DNA from: a virus
Taxonomy: Duplodnaviria > Caudoviricetes
Strand: one strand, 5' to 3'
DNA length: 32,366 nucleotides
Virus record (IMG/VR): IMGVR_UViG_3300031952_000085
Coordinates: 1-32,366 of that record
Shown piece after piece: positions 16,261-24,844 of this stretch. The notes beneath the pieces were generated by a model. That model was not told the DNA's origin. It did no database searches and was given only the letters and a program-made list of their open reading frames with translations. A program made the position numbers and the translations under genes. How positions within the stretch are numbered: position 1 is the stretch's first letter; each line of letters starts with the position of its first letter.

Positions 16261-19200
16261 CAATACTTACCATCCTTTCCTTTACCGAATGCCACGCCCT
16301 GCGCAAAAGCAGGAATAGGGTGATAGCCCGACGTATCCGTTGACCAGCCCTGCCCTGCCCCGAGCGTTAGCGCCTTCTGAAGCTGCTGGTAGCCAAGCGA
16401 GCCCATCCAATCCTTACTCAGGAGCGGCAGCGTTTTGAGGGATTTTAGCAGAGGTGCATGGATCAATGGGTCTTTTTTAATCGTGAGCTCTTTAATGCCA
16501 CGAGCCCTCATAACATCAGCATCGGCCTGCGTTACGGTATGGCCTTCGCGCATGCCCTCCGTTGCCTTACTGAGCTTATAGCCGACCGCGTCATCTGGGG
16601 TTTTTGTAACTTCAAGATTACGGTTGTAGTCCTGAGCTACGGTGTAAGGGATGATGTCCCCCGGTAGATAGGCCGTGTCCTTAGGGTTGTTCTGAACCTG
16701 GGTCGTGTTACCCAGCGAGCGCACGACCGTCTCAAAGATCTTCCTGTGCAAATGAATGCCCTGCCCCGCGTAAGACTTCTGCAGCTCGCTCGCAATATAG
16801 TCCTGTGCCGCGTCCATCCCCTTGAGTTTCACGAGGTCCTGCGGCTTCACCACACCCTCTGAGAGCGGATCGCCGATAGCTACCCTGCTGCCCACAGAAA
16901 CTTTGAGCGGTTTACCTGCAGGCACATGGTAGACAGAGCCCTCAAGCGTCACATCAAATCCACCGCCGAGGCCCTTGGTGATCTTCGAGACCTTGCCATC
17001 CTTGGCCGCAAGAGGTGCAGCGCCCACCACAATTTTCGGCATCTGCAGCAGCTGGTTGACTCGCGCATAGCCTTGAGCATCAGCGCCTGTACCCGCAGCC
17101 CCGCCAGTATGAAATGTCCGCATGACCATCTGTATTAATGGCTCGGACATCGTCTGCCCCGCCTTCGAACCGATATTGTCGCCAACCGGCGGCGCTCCGC
17201 CATGCTCGTCTATGCCGTAGCATTTGGCGCAAGTGCCCTTTGGTGCCAGGCAACGCAGCGGACTTCGCACCTTCACTTGCAAGAGCCCGTGTTTTTTTAG
17301 ATCCGAGAGGACACGCGTGTCCACTAGCGTATTGTGCGAGTAGCCGCCCTGGTCGCCGGCCATGTACCGATCGAACACATCCTTGTCGTCTAGTTTATGG
17401 GTGACCCCCTCATGGGTTCCGCAGTCTTCCATGGAAACCACGTTGTTGATCGTGGTCGCCATGATGTCTTTGGAGAATGCGCCGGGCAGCGAAGTCTGAA
17501 TTGCGCGATCCATCATTCCGCGACGAGCCCCGTACATCGAGATCCAATAATCCCCGATATCCAGCCCCTCGGCGTAAGACTTCTTGATCGCTGTCGGGAC
17601 AATCCGCCCCTTCTCATCAGACATGAATAGCGGAGAGGCAATGATCTGCCGCAGCTGACTGCTGTTGCCGCGCGCACCAGATTGCACCATATCGTAGAGA
17701 GGGTTGTCTTTCCCAACGAGCTTATGGTCGATCATCTTATCAATGAGGGAGGACGCGCGCTTGTTGATCGACATCAGCTCTTCTGGGGTCTTGGCCTTCT
17801 TCGCAGCCTTATCGGCAGCGTCGACGATGCGATCTCGCATAGCACCGAACTGAGCGATATCATCCATGCCGAGTGTAAAGCCCCGCTCAAAAGCGTGCTT
17901 CTCACCCTCAGCCTTAAGCGCCGCAACGATAGTGCCGTATTGATTTGCGGGCAATTCCTTCGCCAGCGCCATCGTCAGCGTGTTCGTAGCTTTCTTATCC
18001 AGCATGGCCGAAATCTTATACTTATCGGGCAGAAGAGCATTTATCTTCTGCCTGCCCGCTGGGGTCTGCGAGAGGTAGAAAAGCCCGATCTGAGCTTCCT
18101 GCGAAGGCTGGATCATGAGCGAGCCTGTGCCGGGTTGAAACAGGTTTCTAGAAGGCAAAAGCCGAGCGGCCTCCTTGTTGGCTTCCTCGCCGACAGGGAC
18201 GTGCACAGTCATGGTATTGTGGGTGAAAAGCCCATTCTGCACGAGAAACATCTCGCCACGCGGGACCGTAAAGTCAAACATAACCTCTTTCCTCGGAACC
18301 TCCGTGATGCTCAGCACCTGTTCCCAGCGAAGACGCTCGTCCTTGACAAGACCCGCCCACTTCAAAAAGTAGGGTGAGGCCAGAGCTCCGTAAGTATGGA
18401 TGACATCAAAAGCTATATGGCGCGAGACAAACTCTTGGTTACCTTTAAAATGATCCATGGCGGAGATTTTCCTGCCAGGGTTTTTCGCCCTCCATTCGGC
18501 GACTGCTGCTTTATCAGTTTTTGAAAGGCTTTTGTGCCTATGGCCTATGGCGACGACTTCGTCGAGCAGTGCTTTTGAGAACGGCACAATATCGTAACCG
18601 TCCCGGTGCCGGCGGCTATCTTTCACCCGCACCGCCTCAGCCAACTTTTCCTGTTTTTTGCTTAGGACCGGCTGGAGTGTAGCCATACAGGACTTTCGCA
18701 GCCTCAGAAGGTGGCCGGTCTGCCGGCCTTCGTGGAGGCATTCAGCGAGGTACGCGTCAAGGCCAACGGAAGACATGAGGTAGCGAAGGGACTCGACATA
18801 TGGGAAGTTACACATCTCAAGCCGAGCTTGGTAGTTACCGTACGCGTCTGGGCCAACGCTGCCTTCCGCCTGAAATACTCCGCGTACGTAGGCGAGCCTG
18901 ACTGCGTGTGGGCTGTTGAAGATTTCCGTCGGAATTTTTACGCCGGCAAACCCAGCACCGCAGTTTTCCGTAAACCAGTTGCAAAGCTCTTTGCTATAGA
19001 GCCTCGCAATGCAATCCTTATGGAGCTTTGTACCTTGGAGCTTTGTTCCGAAATTAAAGCGGCGACGCAGAATGCCGCAGATATGCTTCATGACGACTGG
19101 GTCCGTGTCGCAGAAAGAAACCGTCGCGTCCGACGCGGACCCGTCTCCTGCGTAAAAGCCAAGAACCCACGCCATCTCCTCGTCAAGTCGATGCGTGACG

Positions 19201-22200
19201 TTCGAGATCTTTAGAGTTTGGATGTTGCTAGAGCCTATGTTGGGCAATGCTTTCGGCAGCAGCACCCCAGGCCGCATCACCTCGGTTTTTATGCAGCACA
19301 GATCGAACGCCTCATTGATATAGCTGAAGTTGTGGTGCTCGGTCGTGATCACGCGGGTTCCTGTATGAGTCAGTACCTCATAGCAAGGCCCGTGAGACGT
19401 GTGGACAGTAAGGCGCTGAACATCGGTCCATTCTGGGCTTCCATCTATCATTGACATTGTCTGCAACCTCCCCCCAGCAATCTCGTAGATCGCTGTAAAA
19501 CCACGGGCCTCAGCCACCATCTCGTCGATAGTTTTACCCGTGACCATTTCAAAAAGATTGCCGGCAACAAGAGAGTGATAAACCCAAAGGGGCTCTTGAG
19601 TCAACTCATTTTTATTATACCTGACGTTAATAATGGTAGTAATATCAATGGAATCCCCATTGAAATCTGCATTAAATCCCTTCACTATCAGCGGTGGGAT
19701 CTTGAGTGCCTTGCCATCGGTGATCTTCGGCTTAAACGCCATGATCGAAAACTTATGAAGTGACGGCGCCCTGTTCAGAAGAACGTGCCGCGTGCTCATG
19801 ACTATTTGCAGAGCTCGCTTGGCAAGCGCTGATTTCTTTTTGATCTCCTCTTTTGCCTGCAGCGGATTTTTCCCCATACTTTTCAGCTCACGGACGACAA
19901 AGGGCTCAAAGAGTTTCCAGGCCATCTCCTCAGGCATCGCCATCTCGTCGATGCCAAGGGAGGGCTCGGGAATAATAGTGCCGCGCCCCACAAAATCCTG
20001 CTGTTTGCTCAAGAGCTTACTAATGAAAAGGCCCTCTTTGGGCTGACCGCCCGTGCCGCCCTTAATCTGCGCGATGAGACCGTCCTTTACCTTGCCCTTT
20101 GTGGTCACGTCCATCAGGCCCGCTACACCTTTCACATGATTGTAGAGGTCCTGCCGGATATTGGCCTTTTCCTCTTCGGGGAGAAGGGACATGACAGGCA
20201 GCTGCATCATCGAATTGACGACGCCCAGTTTCTGATAGAGGGTATTCACATCCGAGCTGGCCATGCTCCCATCGGGAAGCGGGTAGACAGGGCGATAGAT
20301 GGGCGGCAGCACAGCCACATTGCGGCGGATATACGCCTCGTGGGGTTTCATATTCAGTGTCTTGAGCGCAGTAAGGTAGCGAAGTTTTTTGTTGGCGTCG
20401 TTCAGTTTTGTGCCAGTGAAGCCCACGGCTTTTTTTGTCAGGCTCTCCAGCTGCGTATCGACATCAACGTTCTTTAATAGGCGCTCAATACCGGCACCAG
20501 CAGTCAGGCCGCCAGCACTGCCTTTGGTAAGGGAGCCATCTTTTTGCACAAAGAGCCTCCCGCCGACGACTTCGTCAAACTTACCAGCAAGGCCAAGAAG
20601 GTTTCGGGCAGCGTCCTCAAAGACTGGATTGACTACCGGCTCCTTCAGGTCCAGATGCCCCCATTTTTTACCAGCAAGACCACCAAAAGTCCTGGTATCA
20701 AAAAACCCGCCCTTAACCGGCTGAAAAGTCCTGGTATCAAAAAACCCGCCCTTAACCGGCTGAAAATCTTTTGCATGATAAAAGTGAGGCTTTTGAACCG
20801 CACCCGAAGACATCTCAAGTGCGTGACTGTCGGTAAGCGGCCCAAGTGTGGACTTGGTGCCGTCTTTGGTAACGTCTATACCAGCGCCTTTTAAGTAGGC
20901 GATGAACTTATCGTAGATGAAGGGCGCTTTAGGCGGCGGCAGCTGCTGGCCCCCACGCAGAGCGGTCCAGTACTCATCGTTCTTGTTGCTTTTAAGCGTA
21001 GACATCTCTTGCAGGTTAGCCCTTGCCCCGTGCGAGAGCATGGAGTACATCGTCAGAAGATCTAGACTTTTTGAGCCTTCTTCTCCTCCAGCTTTAACGG
21101 GCTGCATATTGGCGTCGTAGGTAGATCCAGGTCCCCCTTGCCGAGCTGAAAAGTTGCCTGCGGATTGCTTAAAGAGCTTAAGTATATATGGGTTTCCAAC
21201 GTGGACATCGCCGAGACTCTTACCTGTTTCAGGGTCGAAGAGCTCTTCTTTATCCTTAACGCCTGACTGCTTGAGAAACTTTCGAGTTGTCCCAAGGTAA
21301 TTTTGCCCTGTGAAGTTCTCGACTTTGTAGGGGGCACCGTTTTTAAGTGCGGCTTTTCCGGCGGCTGACTCATAGATTTGCCCGATATTGATCCGGCCGA
21401 TGACACCATGAGGGTTGAGTAGGATATCGACCGGCTTTCCGCTCCCATCGCGGGGCGTCTGGTCATCAGGAAGGATCTTAGTAATGATCCCTTTGTTGCC
21501 CATCCGGCCAGAGAGCTTATCGCCAATTCTCGCAGCTTCTTCAGTTTTTATGAAAACGGAGACCGAACCAGTCCCTCTTTGAACCTCTGTGACAGTCCCT
21601 TCGTCCTCAGCAGTCCAGTAGATACTGGCATCTTTTGGCCTTTCTGAAAGTGTCTTGCTGATGACCGCGATGCGTGCGTCTGGGTTCCTTTTTTGCAGAG
21701 CGGCGATGATCACATCACCTGTTTTAACGCGCTGGCCCTTCTTTATAACCCCATCCGAATCGAGCTTGGCCGCATTTGCGGCAGTGATTGCGTTGGGGTA
21801 GAACGCCCTGAACGAAGGTAGCTTCATTATGGAGTTCTTGGAAATCTCGTAGGTTTTCTTATAGATGTGCTCGCTTGTCAGCTTTTCAGAGGCGGACTGT
21901 GAGATGACGATTCCGTCCTCAAAGTTGTAGCCCTTATAAGGGATGTAGGCTGTGCGGAGGTTTATGCCCAACGCAAGAGTGCCGTCTTTAGTAAAGTTAC
22001 TCTCAGCTAGAAGCTGGTCTTTGGCTACCGTATCGCCTTCTTTGACGAGTGCGGTATGGTTAAGAAACGACTTCCTATTTAGCGTGAAATTGTTGTAGAG
22101 GTTGACCTTGACGTCGCCCTTGGCTGTCGCAAGCAGGATACCGTCTGCAGTCACTTTCTTAACGGTCCCCGCATCCGGCGCATGTGCCGCAATATTCTTC

Positions 22201-24821
22201 CCTACCAGCTGCTCCATGGAGACATCGGGGGCGACACCTACTTGAACAAGCGGGGCCTCACGATGCTTGAGACCTATCGCTTGCTCGAGCATTTTGGAAG
22301 CCATCATAGCCCGATTGCCTTGATTCGCCGGCAGAAAGGGGACGAGGTTGGTCGATGGCGAGAACAGCATGGTGGCGCTCGGTGTGTAAAAATCCACCTT
22401 TGAGCGGGGCACAGTTTGGATTGCGCCTTGGTGCATGACCTTTAGCGAATCGCCTGTCTGCCCAGGAAAGGCCACGTACTTCTCCCAGCTTTCGACAGGG
22501 GTTAAAAGCTCTCTTTTACCAGACTTGGCGTTATCCAATTGGACTCTTAGGTCCTTGCCGTCTTTCACCACACCCATCGGTAAATGCAGGTTTACACCGA
22601 TTTTATCGCTGTTACCGCACCAAAAGGCGACCCCTCCTTTCCGCCTTACTAGCAGAAGGCCTCCGGGGACCGTAGCGCAGTAAATCCTTCCATCGTAATC
22701 TACTTTAACGTAATCACTCTTCCCTGAACGGTGGTTGAATTTACGTGCTGAGCGCACGGTGCTGCGAAGGATCCGAATCTCGAATATGTCATGGTAGGAC
22801 TCTTTCCGCCTATCCTCGTAACAAGCCGTGGTCGTCGAGTAACCTAAGCTGATAGCGAGCCTATCGAAATCTCTAGCAAGTTTTGGGCTAGACGTGCAGT
22901 AGACCCGTTGAGGGTAAGAGGCCCCTTTAGGGCGATTGCTGTACGTTCTGCCGTCGCCAAGCAGCATTGCGTCAAGCATCCGTTGACGTGCGCTAACGGG
23001 GGCATCAAATAGCTCAGTAGGAATGAAACGGCGCTCCTGTGTTCCCTGCGATTCAAAATGCCAAGCTAGCTGCTCGGTGCTTAGAGTGTAGGTTGTCTTC
23101 TCTTTGTCCTGGCACCAGCTCCACGGCAGCGTGTCCAGTAGAGACTCTATGCGTCGGCACTTCTCGGGGTTCGCCGCATCGTTCTGATGGATTCGGACGA
23201 AGTACGCTGAGTTCGCTTCATTGAAGGACACAGACCCTTCAGACAAAAACCAACCCCAAAGCTCACACCAGTCGCCGATGGGTACGGACTCAATATTGAT
23301 GGAGGCATTGCTCCCCTTCACGTGCTCAAGGCGGGCTACTGACTCTTGCTTTCCTTTGTAAGCCTTGTGGCTTACCCTGAAAGTGCGTGGTCGGCCGTGC
23401 GTCTTTTCTGCAGTTTCGATTCTCCAACTATCAGGAGCAGAGTCGAGCGGCCTTACAAGCATCCGGTGATTTGCCGTCACTAAGTAGTTCAGTTTACCGT
23501 TCTCGACACCATACATCTCCCCTTTGAAATGGCTCTGGTGGAGCTTTTCTGCTGAACAGAAATCAAGGCGGTCATCAATGAGACATGCAAACCCAGTTGC
23601 GGGTGTCACATCTTTCCAGTAAGCCCAACCCTCTCTAGTAAAAACTTCGGTCTCCTCGTCGTAGCATTCTGGCGTATGAACTGGGTCAATGAACCCGTAG
23701 TGCGAAGGATGGATCTGCCGCGTCTCGTCTTTGATTCCGTGTTGCGAGGTGATCCCGCCAGAACCCATGAAGCTAGCCCTGTACGCCCCGGAGAGCATTT
23801 CCAGAGGATTGGTCTGCTCGGGGGTGGATGATTTATCATCCTGCGTAAAGAAACTTTGCACGACTCCGCTAAAGAGCCCAGGGTTGACGATTTGGGTCAC
23901 CTTGGTTCGGCGCAAGGAATCAATCTGCCGCTGAATCTTATAGGCCAGGTCCTTCTTATTCTTCTCAAGCCGCTCTTTGATAAAGTCCTCGATGCTATGG
24001 AGCTCCTTGAAAGCGAGGGAGTCGCGGTCGACGGCATCCTTCTTTCCGAGCTGCACTTCCAGGAGGTTTTTTGAGCAGGCCAAGAGCATAGGCCCGTCCA
24101 CTTTATCGTATCCTGTTCCCAGCACCATTTTGGTTGTCGCACTGGAGATCTCGGTCTTCTTGAAGTACTCAGAGAGCCCAGCTTTCTGCGCCCCAAAAGC
24201 TGTTTCCGCACGCGCAACCGACTTTGGGTCGCCACGCTGGTTCACAGCCTCCAGTTTAGACCCCCAGGTTTGTGCAATGAGAGAAGGAGATATACCCAGA
24301 TGAGTAAGAATAGGATAAAGAGGAATGTTCGTTTGGCCGCCGCCGACCTTTTGTAGGGTGAAGACACCACTTGCCTCATTAAATCCGAGGTCAAAGTTTT
24401 TCCCTTTCGCCAGGTTAACCTGAGTTTTGAGCTCACCGTTTTGCTTCCTGACCGTGTAAACCCCGGTCTTGAGTCTCAGTTGGTTATTAACTTGATATTC
24501 GTTGCCAGCTACGATGTAGCTGGAGCGATCCGTGACCATAGGCAAAAGGAACAACCTAATTCTCGGGGCTTTGTCGACCACCTTGCCACTCTGGTTCTCA
24601 ATAAGTGAGAGGCTTGCATACACAGGGACACCCCAAGTGCCTTCCTGGGTCTTCGTCTTTGCCTGGGCGGCGTAGTCGTTTAGGTCAGCCTTTTCCTCTA
24701 CCCACACATTATCGAGCTGCATTGTGCGGATCTTACCGACCACAGGAAAGATGCTTTTAACCGCATCCACGGCCGATGTCTTTACTGATTGCGATTGCTG
24801 GGTGGCGTCAAAATTTCTCAT
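16260..24821 (-). CDS. rpoBC: phage DNA-directed RNA polymerase, fused beta-beta' single chain, with two inteins (2853-aa precursor, 2022 aa after predicted splicing)
   Basis: beta motifs HPSHYGFIDPVHTPE, GYNFEDGIVIS, GDKLSGRMGNKG, LLNPHGVIGRINIGQ, LQEMSTLKS. These run without a stop into beta' motifs VLPPIYRP, LLNRAPSLH, NADFNGD, SGARG, GARRG, CAKCYG and EPLIQMVMRTFHTGG. Confidence 0.95.
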   Translation of the reverse strand: MRNFDATQQSQSVKTSAVDAVKSIFPVVGKIRTMQLDNVWVEEKADLNDYAAQAKTKTQEGTWGVPVYASLSLIENQSGKVVDKAPRIRLFLLPMVTDRSSYIVAGNEYQVNNQLRLKTGVYTVRKQNGELKTQVNLAKGKNFDLGFNEASGVFTLQKVGGGQTNIPLYPILTHLGISPSLIAQTWGSKLEAVNQRGDPKSVARAETAFGAQKAGLSEYFKKTEISSATTKMVLGTGYDKVDGPMLLACSKNLLEVQLGKKDAVDRDSLAFKELHSIEDFIKERLEKNKKDLAYKIQRQIDSLRRTKVTQIVNPGLFSGVVQSFFTQDDKSSTPEQTNPLEMLSGAYRASFMGSGGITSQHGIKDETRQIHPSHYGFIDPVHTPECYDEETEVFTREGWAYWKDVTPATGFACLIDDRLDFCSAEKLHQSHFKGEMYGVENGKLNYLVTANHRMLVRPLDSAPDSWRIETAEKTHGRPRTFRVSHKAYKGKQESVARLEHVKGSNASINIESVPIGDWCELWGWFLSEGSVSFNEANSAYFVRIHQNDAANPEKCRRIESLLDTLPWSWCQDKEKTTYTLSTEQLAWHFESQGTQERRFIPTELFDAPVSARQRMLDAMLLGDGRTYSNRPKGASYPQRVYCTSSPKLARDFDRLAISLGYSTTTACYEDRRKESYHDIFEIRILRSTVRSARKFNHRSGKSDYVKVDYDGRIYCATVPGGLLLVRRKGGVAFWCGNSDKIGVNLHLPMGVVKDGKDLRVQLDNAKSGKRELLTPVESWEKYVAFPGQTGDSLKVMHQGAIQTVPRSKVDFYTPSATMLFSPSTNLVPFLPANQGNRAMMASKMLEQAIGLKHREAPLVQVGVAPDVSMEQLVGKNIAAHAPDAGTVKKVTADGILLATAKGDVKVNLYNNFTLNRKSFLNHTALVKEGDTVAKDQLLAESNFTKDGTLALGINLRTAYIPYKGYNFEDGIVISQSASEKLTSEHIYKKTYEISKNSIMKLPSFRAFYPNAITAANAAKLDSDGVIKKGQRVKTGDVIIAALQKRNPDARIAVISKTLSERPKDASIYWTAEDEGTVTEVQRGTGSVSVFIKTEEAARIGDKLSGRMGNKGIITKILPDDQTPRDGSGKPVDILLNPHGVIGRINIGQIYESAAGKAALKNGAPYKVENFTGQNYLGTTRKFLKQSGVKDKEELFDPETGKSLGDVHVGNPYILKLFKQSAGNFSARQGGPGSTYDANMQPVKAGGEEGSKSLDLLTMYSMLSHGARANLQEMSTLKSNKNDEYWTALRGGQQLPPPKAPFIYDKFIAYLKGAGIDVTKDGTKSTLGPLTDSHALEMSSGAVQKPHFYHAKDFQPVKGGFFDTRTFQPVKGGFFDTRTFGGLAGKKWGHLDLKEPVVNPVFEDAARNLLGLAGKFDEVVGGRLFVQKDGSLTKGSAGGLTAGAGIERLLKNVDVDTQLESLTKKAVGFTGTKLNDANKKLRYLTALKTLNMKPHEAYIRRNVAVLPPIYRPVYPLPDGSMASSDVNTLYQKLGVVNSMMQLPVMSLLPEEEKANIRQDLYNHVKGVAGLMDVTTKGKVKDGLIAQIKGGTGGQPKEGLFISKLLSKQQDFVGRGTIIPEPSLGIDEMAMPEEMAWKLFEPFVVRELKSMGKNPLQAKEEIKKKSALAKRALQIVMSTRHVLLNRAPSLHKFSIMAFKPKITDGKALKIPPLIVKGFNADFNGDSIDITTIINVRYNKNELTQEPLWVYHSLVAGNLFEMVTGKTIDEMVAEARGFTAIYEIAGGRLQTMSMIDGSPEWTDVQRLTVHTSHGPCYEVLTHTGTRVITTEHHNFSYINEAFDLCCIKTEVMRPGVLLPKALPNIGSSNIQTLKISNVTHRLDEEMAWVLGFYAGDGSASDATVSFCDTDPVVMKHICGILRRRFNFGTKLQGTKLHKDCIARLYSKELCNWFTENCGAGFAGVKIPTEIFNSPHAVRLAYVRGVFQAEGSVGPDAYGNYQARLEMCNFPYVESLRYLMSSVGLDAYLAECLHEGRQTGHLLRLRKSCMATLQPVLSKKQEKLAEAVRVKDSRRHRDGYDIVPFSKALLDEVVAIGHRHKSLSKTDKAAVAEWRAKNPGRKISAMDHFKGNQEFVSRHIAFDVIHTYGALASPYFLKWAGLVKDERLRWEQVLSITEVPRKEVMFDFTVPRGEMFLVQNGLFTHNTMTVHVPVGEEANKEAARLLPSRNLFQPGTGSLMIQPSQEAQIGLFYLSQTPAGRQKINALLPDKYKISAMLDKKATNTLTMALAKELPANQYGTIVAALKAEGEKHAFERGFTLGMDDIAQFGAMRDRIVDAADKAAKKAKTPEELMSINKRASSLIDKMIDHKLVGKDNPLYDMVQSGARGNSSQLRQIIASPLFMSDEKGRIVPTAIKKSYAEGLDIGDYWISMYGARRGMMDRAIQTSLPGAFSKDIMATTINNVVSMEDCGTHEGVTHKLDDKDVFDRYMAGDQGGYSHNTLVDTRVLSDLKKHGLLQVKVRSPLRCLAPKGTCAKCYGIDEHGGAPPVGDNIGSKAGQTMSEPLIQMVMRTFHTGGAAGTGADAQGYARVNQLLQMPKIVVGAAPLAAKDGKVSKITKGLGGGFDVTLEGSVYHVPAGKPLKVSVGSRVAIGDPLSEGVVKPQDLVKLKGMDAAQDYIASELQKSYAGQGIHLHRKIFETVVRSLGNTTQVQNNPKDTAYLPGDIIPYTVAQDYNRNLEVTKTPDDAVGYKLSKATEGMREGHTVTQADADVMRARGIKELTIKKDPLIHAPLLKSLKTLPLLSKDWMGSLGYQQLQKALTLGAGQGWSTDTSGYHPIPAFAQGVAFGKGKDGKY
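18216..19652 (-). mobile_element. intein (479 aa) with LAGLIDADG homing endonuclease, inserted directly after the catalytic motif
   Basis: NADFNGD|SIDITT ... FTHN|TMTVHVP. Ser1, His-Asn end, Thr+1, block B TEHH; LGFYAGDG and VRGVFQAEG motifs. Confidence 0.9.
20685..20766. repeat. exact in-frame 39-bp tandem duplication (FQPVKGGFFDTRT x2) in the RNAP gene
   Basis: AAAAGTCCTGGTATCAAAAAACCCGCCCTTAACCGGCTG at 20685-20723 and 20724-20762, followed by AAAA. Confidence 0.95.
22611..23666 (-). mobile_element. intein (352 aa) with LAGLIDADG-like domain in the beta region
   Basis: HTPE|CYDEETEVFT ... FWCGN|SDKIG. Cys1, block B TANH, Gly-Asn end, Ser+1; WGWFLSEG and LDAMLLGDG motifs. Confidence 0.9.
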
Positions 24822-24828
24822 ATGTAGT

Positions 24829-24844
24829 GGTATAAGCCTTTTAG
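24829..24844 (+). promoter_or_regulatory. candidate phage promoter GGTATAAGCCTTTTAG, divergent from and abutting the RNAP start
   Basis: 14/16 match to 2301-2316 on the minus strand; lies upstream of the lone plus-strand gene at 24972. Confidence 0.5.

Noticed and set aside
16260-16320. RNAP C-terminal AFAQGVAFGKG as a copy of the FxxGFxKxA tag
   Set aside because: Spacing does not fit, and it aligns positionally with the normal beta' C-terminal region; too weak to count.
20685-20766. CRISPR-like or regulatory repeat
   Set aside because: Two directly adjacent copies with no spacer, in frame within a coding region.
16260-24821. Chromosomal bacterial rpoB-rpoC locus
   Set aside because: No flanking ribosomal protein or nusG genes, strong divergence from bacterial consensus, and neighbours are portal, spike and terminase genes.
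12579-24821. Eukaryotic giant-virus (NCLDV) origin suggested by the D6/D11-like helicase
   Set aside because: Shine-Dalgarno sites, coupled operons, HU, bacterial-type SSB, portal/terminase and bacterial-type RNAP motifs all indicate a bacteriophage.
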